Source of the DNA: Pseudomonadales bacterium
Lineage (GTDB): Bacteria > Pseudomonadota > Gammaproteobacteria > Pseudomonadales > UBA7434
DNA: 64,000 bases
Assembly (NCBI GenBank): GCA_965216795.1
Contig: OZ244196.1
Span: forward strand, 2,263,496 to 2,327,495
Direction of reading: 5' to 3'
Under the pieces are notes generated by a model. That model made no database searches. It was not told the DNA's origin and saw nothing but the letters and a program-made list of their open reading frames with translations. This document shows, in pieces, positions 37,230-46,900 of this stretch (position 1 is the stretch's first letter; each line of letters begins with the position of its first letter). A program made the translations under genes and the position numbers.

Positions 37230-37978
37230 CCAAATCTTTCCATAAGCGGCTTCTCGATAGCTTGTAGATACAAGTAGTTTATCAATCCCCCTGTGATCAT
37301 TAGTGCAAATATCCCTAGGTACATCTCTTCATAAAGGAATGCTCTACTTGCGTCTAGGATAAATCTGCCAATACCATCGCTTCCGATTATCATATCGGAG
37401 GCTACAGCAACGATAAGAGAAATGGGTATTGAGATTCTTATGCCGGTGATTATTGACGGAATCGCTGGGGCGAATAAAAAATGGTACGCTCTTTTTTGTC
37501 GAGTTAGTGGTAGTACTAACCCGAGGTCTTTGGTTCGGGGATCAATGTTGGTGGCTCCAGAAAGAGTGTTTATCAATATTGGCCATGATGCGCCGAAGAA
37601 AACAACAAATATTTTCATGGTGTCGTCAATTCCTAGGAATAGACTTGCGACGGGGATTAAAGCGATTGGAGCAAGCGGGCGGAATAGCTCGATAATTGGT
37701 AGTGACAGCGCTCGTAACGTTGGCAGGTTTCCTAGCAGCAAGCCGAGTGGAACCATTAGTAGGGTCGCGAAACTTAGTCCCGCTATGGCTCTATAAAGCG
37801 TGATTGCGATGTCTAGAGGTATTGATGGCCAGCTGTTTGCGGAGAATCCTTGAGAAAAGATGCTGAATATACTAGGAAATAGTTTTGGGTCTGGTGCCAA
37901 CTTAGCTAAAACAGTCAGTTCCCATGTCAGAATGAACAGGGATATAGAGGCTACTGAGTAGATAAATCGTTTCATCAT
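37226..37978 (-). CDS. ABC transporter permease (NitT/TauT family)
   Basis: Six TM helices with an EAA-like loop region (ASWPILINTLSGATNIDPRTKDLG). Start ATG at 37978 overlaps the ATPase stop (ATGA). Its stop shares the tetranucleotide TTAA (37226-37229) with the convergent gene. Confidence 0.85.
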   Translation of the reverse strand: MMKRFIYSVASISLFILTWELTVLAKLAPDPKLFPSIFSIFSQGFSANSWPSIPLDIAITLYRAIAGLSFATLLMVPLGLLLGNLPTLRALSLPIIELFRPLAPIALIPVASLFLGIDDTMKIFVVFFGASWPILINTLSGATNIDPRTKDLGLVLPLTRQKRAYHFLFAPAIPSIITGIRISIPISLIVAVASDMIIGSDGIGRFILDASRAFLYEEMYLGIFALMITGGLINYLYLQAIEKPLMERFG

Positions 37979-38733
37979 GCATCGACCAGATACGAATATA
38001 TCTCTTGCCACTTCTCACCGTAATCGGCAACGCTATCGGTTGGATCGTCGGAGTTTATGCGTCGGTTCTCAATTGCCATATCTTTGATAACACTAAAGCC
38101 ATCTTTTCCCACAATAATGATCCGGTCACTCAGGCGAATTGCTTCATCAATATTGTGGGTAACCAATAGAACGCCTGGGCTCTTAGAGCTTGTCTTAAAT
38201 ATATCTAGAACGTCTTTTTGCAATTTAAGTCTCGAGATGTAATCCAGCGCTCCGAAGGGCTCATCAAGCAGCCACCAGCTTCGATTGCCAGCGATACAGC
38301 GGGCTAGTGAAACTCGCTGCTGCATGCCTCCTGACAGTTGGTTGGGGAATTTTTGATAGTCGTCCACTGAAAGCCCGGCGATACTTAAGGCTCTTGCGGC
38401 TAATTTCTGCCGCAACCAAATACTGCCCACATTTTCTTCAATTCCTAAAGCGACGTTATCTAGGGCTGAGAGCCAGTTGAGCAAAGAGGCGGAAGCATCT
38501 TGAAACGCATATGCACAATGGCTATGAGCCTCCTTAACTTGGGTGCCATCAAGAGAAATATGTCCTTGCAGCGGCTCCAAGAGGCCGCAAATCAACCTTA
38601 GGAGAGTAGACTTTCCGCATCCCGATGGGCCTAGAATTGTCGTCCACTCTTCGTGACGCAGCTCAAAGCTGAGATTATCTATCAGCGACCGATTATCACT
38701 GAAGTTGTAAGTTAGGTCTCGAACCTGGATCAC
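37975..38733 (-). CDS. ABC transporter ATP-binding protein (NitT/TauT family)
   Basis: Walker A GPSGCGKSTLLRLI, signature LSGGMQQRVSLAR, Walker B WWLLDEPFGALD, and an H-loop VTHNIDEA. Confidence 0.9.
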   Translation of the reverse strand: MIQVRDLTYNFSDNRSLIDNLSFELRHEEWTTILGPSGCGKSTLLRLICGLLEPLQGHISLDGTQVKEAHSHCAYAFQDASASLLNWLSALDNVALGIEENVGSIWLRQKLAARALSIAGLSVDDYQKFPNQLSGGMQQRVSLARCIAGNRSWWLLDEPFGALDYISRLKLQKDVLDIFKTSSKSPGVLLVTHNIDEAIRLSDRIIIVGKDGFSVIKDMAIENRRINSDDPTDSVADYGEKWQEIYSYLVDA

Positions 38734-38755
38734 GATGCGCTCGATTTAACTTTGC

Positions 38756-39730
38756 CTATTGGCTCTGTGATATAAAGCCAATATCAATAAGTAAGTTCTT
38801 TACCCAATCTAGGTTTTCTTGTAAAACTTCTGCGTTAAACTTGGGCAAATTCATCGTTTCTAGTTTTTCCGCAGGCATGCCAGTGTATTCGGAGATCGCA
38901 GATTGTAAGATCTCTTCGTTTTCATCAATAAGTACCGTGGAATCTTCCATGGCTAGTACAAACTTCCTAGCTAGCATTTGGTTTTTTGCCAACCAATCCG
39001 TATTGGCCACATACATAGTCATTTGGAAGCTTGATTTGGTGTCCGCGACGTGATGGGCTGCCAGCGATAGCTCGGGGTTCCCGAGAGCAGGTGACAGAAA
39101 TGGCTCTATCATAGATGCATACTCGACTGAACCAGCTAGAAGCTGTGCTTCCATCTGAGAAAACGGCATCTCAATAAATTCTATATTTGCATGTTCTCGC
39201 CCGACAGTAGTTAAGTAAGCGACAGAGAATGCATGATCTAGGCTTTTGTTTACATTAATCGCAAACCGAGATCCTTCAACGTCTTCAAGACCATCGCTAG
39301 ATGTGACGATACCCTGGTAAGGGTTACTGGTCGTTTGGACTGATCCTCCAACCACTGGTGAAACTTTAAAGCCACGATCTCTCGCTTGGACGTATGGCAC
39401 CGTTCCAGTGAATCCGAACTCAAGATCTCCGGTTATCACGCCTTGAAGGATTATGGCGCCCCCTTGCGCCTTGACGAGTTCTACATCTAAACCGTGTTTC
39501 AGGAATAACCCATTCTGCTTAGCAACATAGAGTTGAGCTGAGTCCGCAATTGGGATATATCCGACCTTTATTTTCTGGACCAATATTTCGTTCTGTGAAG
39601 GGGGCTCTCTATCGCTGCACGCAGAGATACAAAGCAGTGCTGACACAATTGTCGTCCATAGAAGAAATCTAGGCGCCCGGAAGATACAAAATATATTATA
39701 TAAATGGAGATGGGTGCTGTTAGATCTCAT
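38756..39730 (-). CDS. ABC transporter substrate-binding lipoprotein (NMT1/THI5- or sulfonate/nitrate-binding-like)
   Basis: Start moved to Met59 of the track ORF. This gives a signal peptide ending in the lipobox LLCISAC and removes the overlap with the recombinase gene. The periplasmic-binding-protein type-2 fold pattern (KIKVGYIPIADSAQLYVAKQNGLF) is typical of NitT/TauT SBPs. Confidence 0.75.
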   Translation of the reverse strand: MRSNSTHLHLYNIFCIFRAPRFLLWTTIVSALLCISACSDREPPSQNEILVQKIKVGYIPIADSAQLYVAKQNGLFLKHGLDVELVKAQGGAIILQGVITGDLEFGFTGTVPYVQARDRGFKVSPVVGGSVQTTSNPYQGIVTSSDGLEDVEGSRFAINVNKSLDHAFSVAYLTTVGREHANIEFIEMPFSQMEAQLLAGSVEYASMIEPFLSPALGNPELSLAAHHVADTKSSFQMTMYVANTDWLAKNQMLARKFVLAMEDSTVLIDENEEILQSAISEYTGMPAEKLETMNLPKFNAEVLQENLDWVKNLLIDIGFISQSQ

Positions 39731-39809
39731 GCTATTGTCCAGAAATTCAAAGTTGCTGAAGGGCTTTAATTTAGCGCATAAATGCCTGATATAGCTATAG
39801 TTTGGTCTG

Positions 39810-40940
39810 TTAATCCTCCAGATTAGCCAGTTTCTGAGGATCAAATAGGTTGGCTCTCGAAGCAAGCTTGTCAGCAACTTTGTCTGCGAAGACTTCGATC
39901 GCATTGGGCATATCGCCTATCTGTTTAAGTCTGGATAGGATTTCTTGCTGCCGCCTGTTCTGAATTTCACCATAGCTGTAGAAGGTGGTAAGCACGCCTT
40001 GGTGGCCTAGATTTTGGCTCCATGCCTTAAACTCCTCTGGAGAGCGGCACCTCTTCTCGCCCAGTAAGACTAATGTGTCCCGGAAAGTGTGAGGATTCGT
40101 GTAAGGTATTTCGGCTTTTTGGAAGGCTTGTTTGAAAATACGACGAACTGGGCCCGAGTTTGACCAATGTTCCCTGCTAAGTCTCTGGCTGGACGTTTCT
40201 TTCTGGCCGGGGGGCGTAGGTTTTGATTTTGGAAATATTGGGTCGTTTGGAGTAAATCTCTCTTGGTTGGTCAGGTGCTGTATCCAGTCTTGAACAATGA
40301 CTTCAAATTCCTCGCCCACGGGAAAAAAGTAGCTTGTAAATGACTTGCTTGCTTTAGTTTTGACCTCTCGGGCGTCCTGGTAGAGTGATCGGTTGGGCAG
40401 ATCTAGGTGCTTCAGTTTGAAGCTGATCACAGCTGAATCTCTTGCCCCGGTCAGAAGAATGAAGGCGACTAACGCGCGATCTCTCATCTCAGTAGAAGTC
40501 CTTGTCGGCATGCTATCCACCACCGTGGCAATATCTTCAATTGTGGGTACGTGCTTCCTGCGAGTGGCCCTAGCTATTCTGTCTTCCTTGGCGGAGAGGT
40601 TGAAGTACTCTGCATGGGGGTAAGCAATCTTTGATTTGTAGCCCTTCTGTAACGCCAGCCACTCAAAAAAGGCCTTCAGCTGCCTCAGAGTATGACTTAA
40701 CGTAGACTTGCTCAGAGGCTTGCCAGAGCGCTCTCCCAGAGCCTTGGCCAGTTTGTGCTTGAATCCAGTTGCCTGCTCTTTACAGAAGGTCTTGAAGCTT
40801 CTGTGGTTAGTATATGCTTCAAATCGAGACAGCGCCTTAGCAGCGGTATCAATCGTAGAGGCGTCATAGCGTTTGGCCTCTTTGAGAAAATCAAAATACT
40901 CGCGCTTGATCCGCTCGTTTTCTGGGTTGTATTTAGCCAT
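39810..40940 (-). CDS. tyrosine recombinase / phage-type integrase (second integrase of the island)
   Basis: 376 aa. Catalytic residues in order: LLTGARDSAV (Arg), NPHTFRDTLV (H-x-x-R), LGHQGVLTTFYSYG (His...Tyr), with an N-terminal SAM-like core-binding domain. Confidence 0.85.
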   Translation of the reverse strand: MAKYNPENERIKREYFDFLKEAKRYDASTIDTAAKALSRFEAYTNHRSFKTFCKEQATGFKHKLAKALGERSGKPLSKSTLSHTLRQLKAFFEWLALQKGYKSKIAYPHAEYFNLSAKEDRIARATRRKHVPTIEDIATVVDSMPTRTSTEMRDRALVAFILLTGARDSAVISFKLKHLDLPNRSLYQDAREVKTKASKSFTSYFFPVGEEFEVIVQDWIQHLTNQERFTPNDPIFPKSKPTPPGQKETSSQRLSREHWSNSGPVRRIFKQAFQKAEIPYTNPHTFRDTLVLLGEKRCRSPEEFKAWSQNLGHQGVLTTFYSYGEIQNRRQQEILSRLKQIGDMPNAIEVFADKVADKLASRANLFDPQKLANLED

Positions 40941-41036
40941 CGTTACTTACCTATCTGAAGTCACCATTTAAAGGGCGTGCGTAGCAATCTATTAATTGTC
41001 ATTAGTGCCAGTGGGTGGCGGGCCAGCTGAGCGTGC

Positions 41037-41417
41037 CTAGTTGGATAATTTTGATCGACTAATGAATCGGACCATCCGATTACCGCATATGTTGCAATCA
41101 CCGGTTAGGCGGCCCGTTTTGCTGTCTTGCGCCATAAACTCGACGCTGTTCTGGGTCGGTTTGCGTGGTTCTTTACAGCACATGCAGTAGAACTCGTCAG
41201 GCTTACATCGGCGTTTTCTTGACTTTTTCCTCGCCTGAATGAATGACCTTAGATCTGAACCGTGAACAAGTAGGGGTCTATTCGAGTCTATGGTTTCGAG
41301 TCCAGACTTAAGCCAGCGATGAATAGTATTCCTGTGACAACTGAAGAGGTCGGCTACTTCATCGAGGCGGTAGCAGCGATTCTGCTTGACTAGATAGGGG
41401 TTCAGTTTGCGATTCAT
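41037..41417 (-). CDS. HTH DNA-binding protein with C-terminal zinc ribbon
   Basis: 126 aa from ATG 41417. HTH region YRLDEVADLFSCHRNTIHRWLKSGL and two CxxC pairs (CMCC...CNIC). It sits one base after the AlpA-like gene. Confidence 0.6.
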   Translation of the reverse strand: MNRKLNPYLVKQNRCYRLDEVADLFSCHRNTIHRWLKSGLETIDSNRPLLVHGSDLRSFIQARKKSRKRRCKPDEFYCMCCKEPRKPTQNSVEFMAQDSKTGRLTGDCNICGNRMVRFISRSKLSN

Positions 41418-41418
41418 G

Positions 41419-41616
41419 CTACTGAATCCTTGAGTCGCGCTCTTCGACACGTGCTGCAATCCAGGCCAGCACATCTTCTTCTACCCAACCAACAGACCGG
41501 CCACCCAGCGAAACTTGATGGGGAAAGAGGTTGGCCTGCATGCGGCGGTAAATAGCGCTACGGGATAGGCCGGTGAGTTCTTTAACTGCGGGTAATCGAA
41601 GAATCTTGCGATACAT
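41419..41616 (-). CDS. AlpA-family phage/island regulatory protein (excisionase-like HTH)
   Basis: LRLPAVKELTGLSRSAIYRRMQANLFPHQVSLGGRSVGWVEEDVLAWI is the AlpA/Xis-type signature. Start taken at the internal Met (41616). Confidence 0.75.
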   Translation of the reverse strand: MYRKILRLPAVKELTGLSRSAIYRRMQANLFPHQVSLGGRSVGWVEEDVLAWIAARVEERDSRIQ

Positions 41617-41726
41617 AGTGATCAATCCTGATATGTCGTTGGATATGATCACGATTAGATAGGGAGCGAGCTTCTGTCACACTCCTTGTCATAGGACGAG
41701 CGCTTGTACGAGCATAAGCTATTGAT

Positions 41727-42611
41727 TTACAGAGCGTTTGGATAAGTGTCCGTCAGAACTTTTTTGATCACCTCGGCCTCGCGGTTGTCAGCGCCAACCT
41801 CTTCAACAAGCCATTCAATCAGGTTGCCGGTCTTCTGGATGAGTCTTTGGCTTTGCTGCCATTCGGGGAACTCATTGATTGCTTTGGTTGCTTTGCGCTT
41901 TAGGTCTCGCCAGTATGGACTCTTAGCCAGCCCGCTGATTTCATCTCGACTAGATCTCGCAGACTCACCTGCAGCGGCTAGCTGGTCTTCAGGGGCTCGC
42001 CGTTTGACGAGTTCTATCAAATCCGCAGGCAACTGAATCTCGAGCCGAGCGGCCCACTGGATGAATTGAAGGGGAGGGGTAGTTGGGGATAGTTCAAAGT
42101 TTGAAATTGCCCTATCAATCAGCTCGCGCACTCTAGCGTACTCGAGAGCGAAGTCGGACCAGTTTGCTTCTTGCTTTAAGATCTCTAAGCTCAAGATTAA
42201 GGGAGAATAGCCAAAGCTCAGCGCCGCCATTTCGTCTAGATTCCAGAATGCTAAGCGGCTGTAGTGATCAGTGTCGGCGGGGAGTGGTAGTTCCGCTATC
42301 TCGGCGAATTCCTCAAGCATCTCTTGGTCAGCGATCTCGCTCTCTTCGTGAACGACGGATGCGAACTCTTCATCATCTAACTTGGCAAGATCGCTGCGGA
42401 CAGATTCCGCCTGTTCTTTAATTTTCGCAGTGAAGGCGGGGCGTTCACGCTCTGGAATCGACCGATTTATCCAGAATCTTTGGGTTAGCTCCGGCCTTCT
42501 AAAGGCAATGAAATCGGGTACTCGCCGGTTAACAATAAATTCGACAGCGCGCTTACGGGGGGTTGGCCGCATAACAGGGTCCGCAGTGTAAAAATCCTGA
42601 TTATGCGACAT
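41727..42611 (-). CDS. hypothetical protein (island-borne)
   Basis: 294-aa ORF in the same orientation as the recombinase module, with an acidic central region. I recognise no motif. Confidence 0.5.
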   Translation of the reverse strand: MSHNQDFYTADPVMRPTPRKRAVEFIVNRRVPDFIAFRRPELTQRFWINRSIPERERPAFTAKIKEQAESVRSDLAKLDDEEFASVVHEESEIADQEMLEEFAEIAELPLPADTDHYSRLAFWNLDEMAALSFGYSPLILSLEILKQEANWSDFALEYARVRELIDRAISNFELSPTTPPLQFIQWAARLEIQLPADLIELVKRRAPEDQLAAAGESARSSRDEISGLAKSPYWRDLKRKATKAINEFPEWQQSQRLIQKTGNLIEWLVEEVGADNREAEVIKKVLTDTYPNAL

Positions 42612-42946
42612 CCTGGGATTAAATTAAGGCTTCATGCGCACTTTCTTGCCGCCACCCATCAAGCGGGCGCGACCCAGTGAGCTAAATCATATCAAATGGA
42701 CGCTATGGCGATAGTAACCGCACACAAAGCTCGATCTGTTACTACGAGATGGCCGTTGGTGGCACAGCCGCCCGCTACATAGTTGGCCTAGTTGCGTTGT
42801 ATTAGGGGTTGGTGGTGCGTTAGCCTATCGCTTAAGGTTTTGTGCAGGGAAGGCCTTGGAGTTCGTAATATATTGCTGGATGAATATACAGTATTATTGA
42901 TCGCCAATACCTCTTTTCCCATTAAGATCCAGAAGGCTAATATCGC

Positions 42947-43909
42947 GTGAATTTTGATCTATTTTCGGATCTCCCTCCAATCAAGTTTAATCCGTCTAAG
43001 GTGGCTTTCGGGCGCCATGAAACGTTCGGCTTGCGCTACAGCTGGCTGCCAAAGGGCTTCCACGCATTGCAAGAGAATCCAGCGATATTCGACTCAGAGG
43101 ATGCTACCGTGGCCCTGGGCGTCGGCAAGAATATGGTGTCGAGTATCCGCTTTTGGCTGAGAGCGACGCAGATGATGCACGCTGCAAAGCCAGAGCCCAC
43201 GAAGCTAGGTGAGAGGGTGCTAGATCGCGAGTCGGGATACGATCCATTCTTGGAGGATGAAGCCACAATCTGGCTACTACATTGGTTGCTTTGCACCAAT
43301 ACAACCTGGGCAACGTCTTGGTACTGGTTCTTTAATCGGTACCATAAGACTGAGTTCACTAGCCAGGAGCTAACTTCTGCGCTTTCAGACTTCGTCAAGG
43401 AAGAGATTCATCAAGCTCGCCGTCCGTCGGCAAGCACAATAAAGAACGATGCGGGTCTGATTCACCGGATGTACTCACAGTCGAAAGGCATAGGCCGGAT
43501 GCCCTTGGAGGAGGCACTGGATTCTCCACTATCTTTATTGCGTTTGATTACGCAGTCTTCTGCAGGCCGATCATTCCGATCGGCTCCGCAGTCCGATCGC
43601 TCTTTGCCGATTGGAATACTCGGTTTTGCCGTCTCTCAGCTTTTTCATGCCAAAGATGTGAACCTGATCCCGATCGAAGATTTGATGTATTCGAAGGACG
43701 GATTTCCAGCGCCGGGCTCTTTGTTTAGGTTGACTGAGGGAGTACTACTTCAAAAATTAGAGATGTTGGTTGATTACATTCCAGGAAATCTCGTAGTGCG
43801 TGAGACCGCTGGAATACACCAGCTCTATGCTACAAAGTCTTTGAATCCAACAGATTATTTGGATTGGCACTACGAGAGCGCCGATAGTGGCTCAGGAGTG
43901 GCGGCATGA
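42947..43909 (+). CDS. sspB: SspB-like protein (DUF4007 family) of ssDNA phosphorothioation systems
   Basis: 320 aa with a GTG start. The N-terminal FGRHETFGLRYSWLPKGF matches the conserved DUF4007 opening motif as I remember it. It lies directly upstream of, and overlap-coupled to, a large P-loop ATPase and a PAPS-reductase-like gene, which is the sspBCD arrangement. Confidence 0.65.
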   Translation: MNFDLFSDLPPIKFNPSKVAFGRHETFGLRYSWLPKGFHALQENPAIFDSEDATVALGVGKNMVSSIRFWLRATQMMHAAKPEPTKLGERVLDRESGYDPFLEDEATIWLLHWLLCTNTTWATSWYWFFNRYHKTEFTSQELTSALSDFVKEEIHQARRPSASTIKNDAGLIHRMYSQSKGIGRMPLEEALDSPLSLLRLITQSSAGRSFRSAPQSDRSLPIGILGFAVSQLFHAKDVNLIPIEDLMYSKDGFPAPGSLFRLTEGVLLQKLEMLVDYIPGNLVVRETAGIHQLYATKSLNPTDYLDWHYESADSGSGVAA

Positions 43910-46900
43910 AGTTTGCTAATAAGCTTAATGTCAATAGCCATTACACACGATCGATTAACCTCGAGCGAGATGCAGACTCGCTAGGAGTTGTTCAATCATA
44001 TATCCCGACCTCCAGAGCGTTGCGTACGCTTGGCCGGATGACGGAAACATTTCACGAACAAACAGCCCCTAGGGCTTGGTCTCTGGTTGGGCCTTACGGT
44101 TCTGGTAAGTCTTCTTTCTCAATCTTTAGCTCTAAACTGCTCGATAATCCAAGGTCAAAGACAACTCAATCAGCGATCAAGGTGCTTGCTGATGTGGAGG
44201 ATTCGCTCGCCACACAATTTAAGGCACAGACTAGGGGTACCAAGGGTTTCCTGAGCGTGTTGATCACGGGTTCGCCAGAGCCTATGACGCGGCGAATTGT
44301 TAATGCGCTTTCGGAGGCTGCGGGTCGGTATTGGTCAGATCGGAAGGGCAAGAAGCCTACCATTCTCAAGCGTCTCGCAAGTGCCGATGCTGGAGAGTTG
44401 TCTTCTAATGATTTGCTTGCGCTGATAAAAGAGCTACAAATTCAGCTGGAGAAAGCAGGATGTCCTGGAATCCTGCTCATCATTGATGAGCTAGGTAAGT
44501 TCCTAGAGTATGAGGCCCGCCATTACGGCGCCAATGATATCTTTTTGTTGCAGACGCTTGCAGAACACGCCTGTTCAGGCGGGAAGGTTAACCTATATCT
44601 GTTTGTTCTCTTGCACCAATCTTTTGAGCAATATGCGAAAGGGCTTGGTGAAAATTTAAGGAACGAATGGTCAAAGGTCCAGGGGCGCTTCGAGGAGGTG
44701 CCATTCCTCGAGTCCGCGGAGCAAACTCTGCGCGTTGTCTCAGCAGCGTTCGATCATAACCTGTCAGCTGGCGACAAGCGCCAGCTGAAGAAAGCTATGC
44801 AGTCTCATGTTGATGTCTTGGCTCGTGTAGATGCCTTGCCAGGTGTGATGACTCGTGAGGAGAGTGTCAAGCTCTTTTCCGATTGCTATCCATTGCATCC
44901 CATCTCTGCCATCTTGCTGCCTCTTCTGTGCCAGAAGATCGCGCAGAATGAGCGAACGCTCTTTAGCTATCTAGGGAGCCAAGAAGACTTTGGTGTTCAA
45001 TCAATCGTTGATGAATTGGTGAGTATCGATGAGTACATCTACCCTGACCAGATTTTCGACTATTTTATTGCGAACCAGTCCGCCGCCATAGGAGACTACC
45101 TAACTCACAGGCGATGGGTTGAAGTTGTCACAGCGATGGAGCGTTTAGGGGATGCTTCTGAGCTACAAGTCCGCATTCTCAAAACCATTGGCATACTGAA
45201 TATCGTAGGCGCCAAGGGGGGGTTCAAGCCGTCCAAAGACCTACTCTCTATCTGTTTTCCTAGCAAGGCTGCCTTGACTAAAGCGTTGAAAGCACTAGAG
45301 GCAATTTCGGTCATTACTTTCCGTAAGTTCAACGGTGAGTACCGTGTTTGGCAGGGTAGTGATTTTGACTTGGAGGATGCGCTTCAGGAAGAAGTTAACA
45401 ACCTCGGCATCTTTTCTTTGGCTGAGGAGCTTAACCGCTCTCAGTCATTGCTACCGATTGTCGCGCGCCGGTACAGCGTGACAAGTGGGACTCTGCGCTA
45501 CTTTCGACCCATCTTTGTCGATGCTAAAAATTATATAAAGATTGATCGTGGCTCAAATGATCCTAGGATAATATTTTTTCTAGCGGGCGGGCAGGATGAT
45601 GAAGCTCTCTTTCAAGATGAAGTTCGAGAGCACTTCTCTAAGCTAGACCTAATAGCCTTGTGTAAGAACGGCGCCCAATTGCGAGAGGCGGTTGCAGAGT
45701 GTGAGGCGCTCAAGCGCGTTCAGATTAACCGCCATGAGTTGAATGCCGATCCCGTCGCTAAACGGGAGTATGAAGATCGATTGTCGTTGGCTGAGCAGGC
45801 CGAGACCTTTTTGTTGCAACAATTGGTCGAAGAGCCGGACCTAAGCCAGTGGTATTGTGAAGGACGGCATTATTCTGCGCATAATAAACGGCAGCTTCAG
45901 AATGTGATGAGTACGGTCTTGGAGGCAGCCTATGATAAGTCGCCCATCATAGATAATGAGCTTATCAATCGAGATAGGCCTTCATCTCAGGCGGCGGCTG
46001 CGCGGAATCAGCTCCTTTATCGCATGCTGTCGCGTGGCGATCAAGAAGATTTGGGCATAGAAAAGTTTCCCCCTGAAAAGGCAATCTATCGTTCATTACT
46101 CAAGGCAACAGGGCTGCATAAACGCGCAAAAAGTGGAGAGTGGCAGTTCTACGCTCCGACCAGTCGAGGTGCTGCGGCCGCACGATATGCAAATTTATAT
46201 CCGGCCTGGCAGGCGATCGATGCCTTCCTAGATTCTACGGAGGCTGCGCCCAAATCCTTTGTAGAGCTGAACGCTAAGTTGATGTCGACACCATATGGAA
46301 TTAAGGCGGGCCTTCTTCCGATTTTGTACGTTGCCAACTACATAATCAATCAGCATGAGATAGCCATCTATGAAGGGGGCCGGTATCGGCCTGAGTTTAC
46401 CGAAGAGATGATCGACCGGTTCGTTAAGCGCCCTGATGAATTCGCATTTCAGCGGTTTCGTATCAAGGGTCTTCGAGCGTCCCTCTTTAGGCAGTATTCG
46501 AAAGTCATACATGGCGACACTGAGCAGCGCTCAATCTTAGATCTGGCCAAGCCTCTAGCCACGTTCATGTCCCAGTTACCAGAGTACACGCGTAAGACTC
46601 GTCGCGGTGTTGGTAAGAGTGCCCAGGCGGTGCGCACTGCGTTTGAACTCTCAAAGTCTCCTGAAGCGCTACTGTTCGATGCGTTGCCGGAAGCGCTGGG
46701 TTTCGAAGGTTTGTCTGAAAGTTCTGATGAGGCTGTCCTAGGTCAGTTTGCTGAGGATCTTACAGATAGCTTAAGAGAGTTGAAGCTGGCTCACAGCAAT
46801 CTAGTGCTTGGGCAGCGTCAGTTGTTGGCGCGGTCAATTGGCTGTGACGAGAATTCAGATCTTTCAGAGTTGAGGATCAATATCGTCGGCTTATGCAGTG

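Noticed and set aside
39731-39904. N-terminal extension of the substrate-binding-protein ORF (track start at 39904).
   Set aside because: The extension overlaps the 3' end of the recombinase gene and lacks any signal sequence. The internal Met at 39730 yields a proper lipoprotein signal peptide ending in ISAC.
42612-42946. Attempted promoter and sRNA calls in the 335-nt gap upstream of sspB.
   Set aside because: I could not find a -35/-10 pair with acceptable spacing or a convincing structured element by eye. It is left unannotated.
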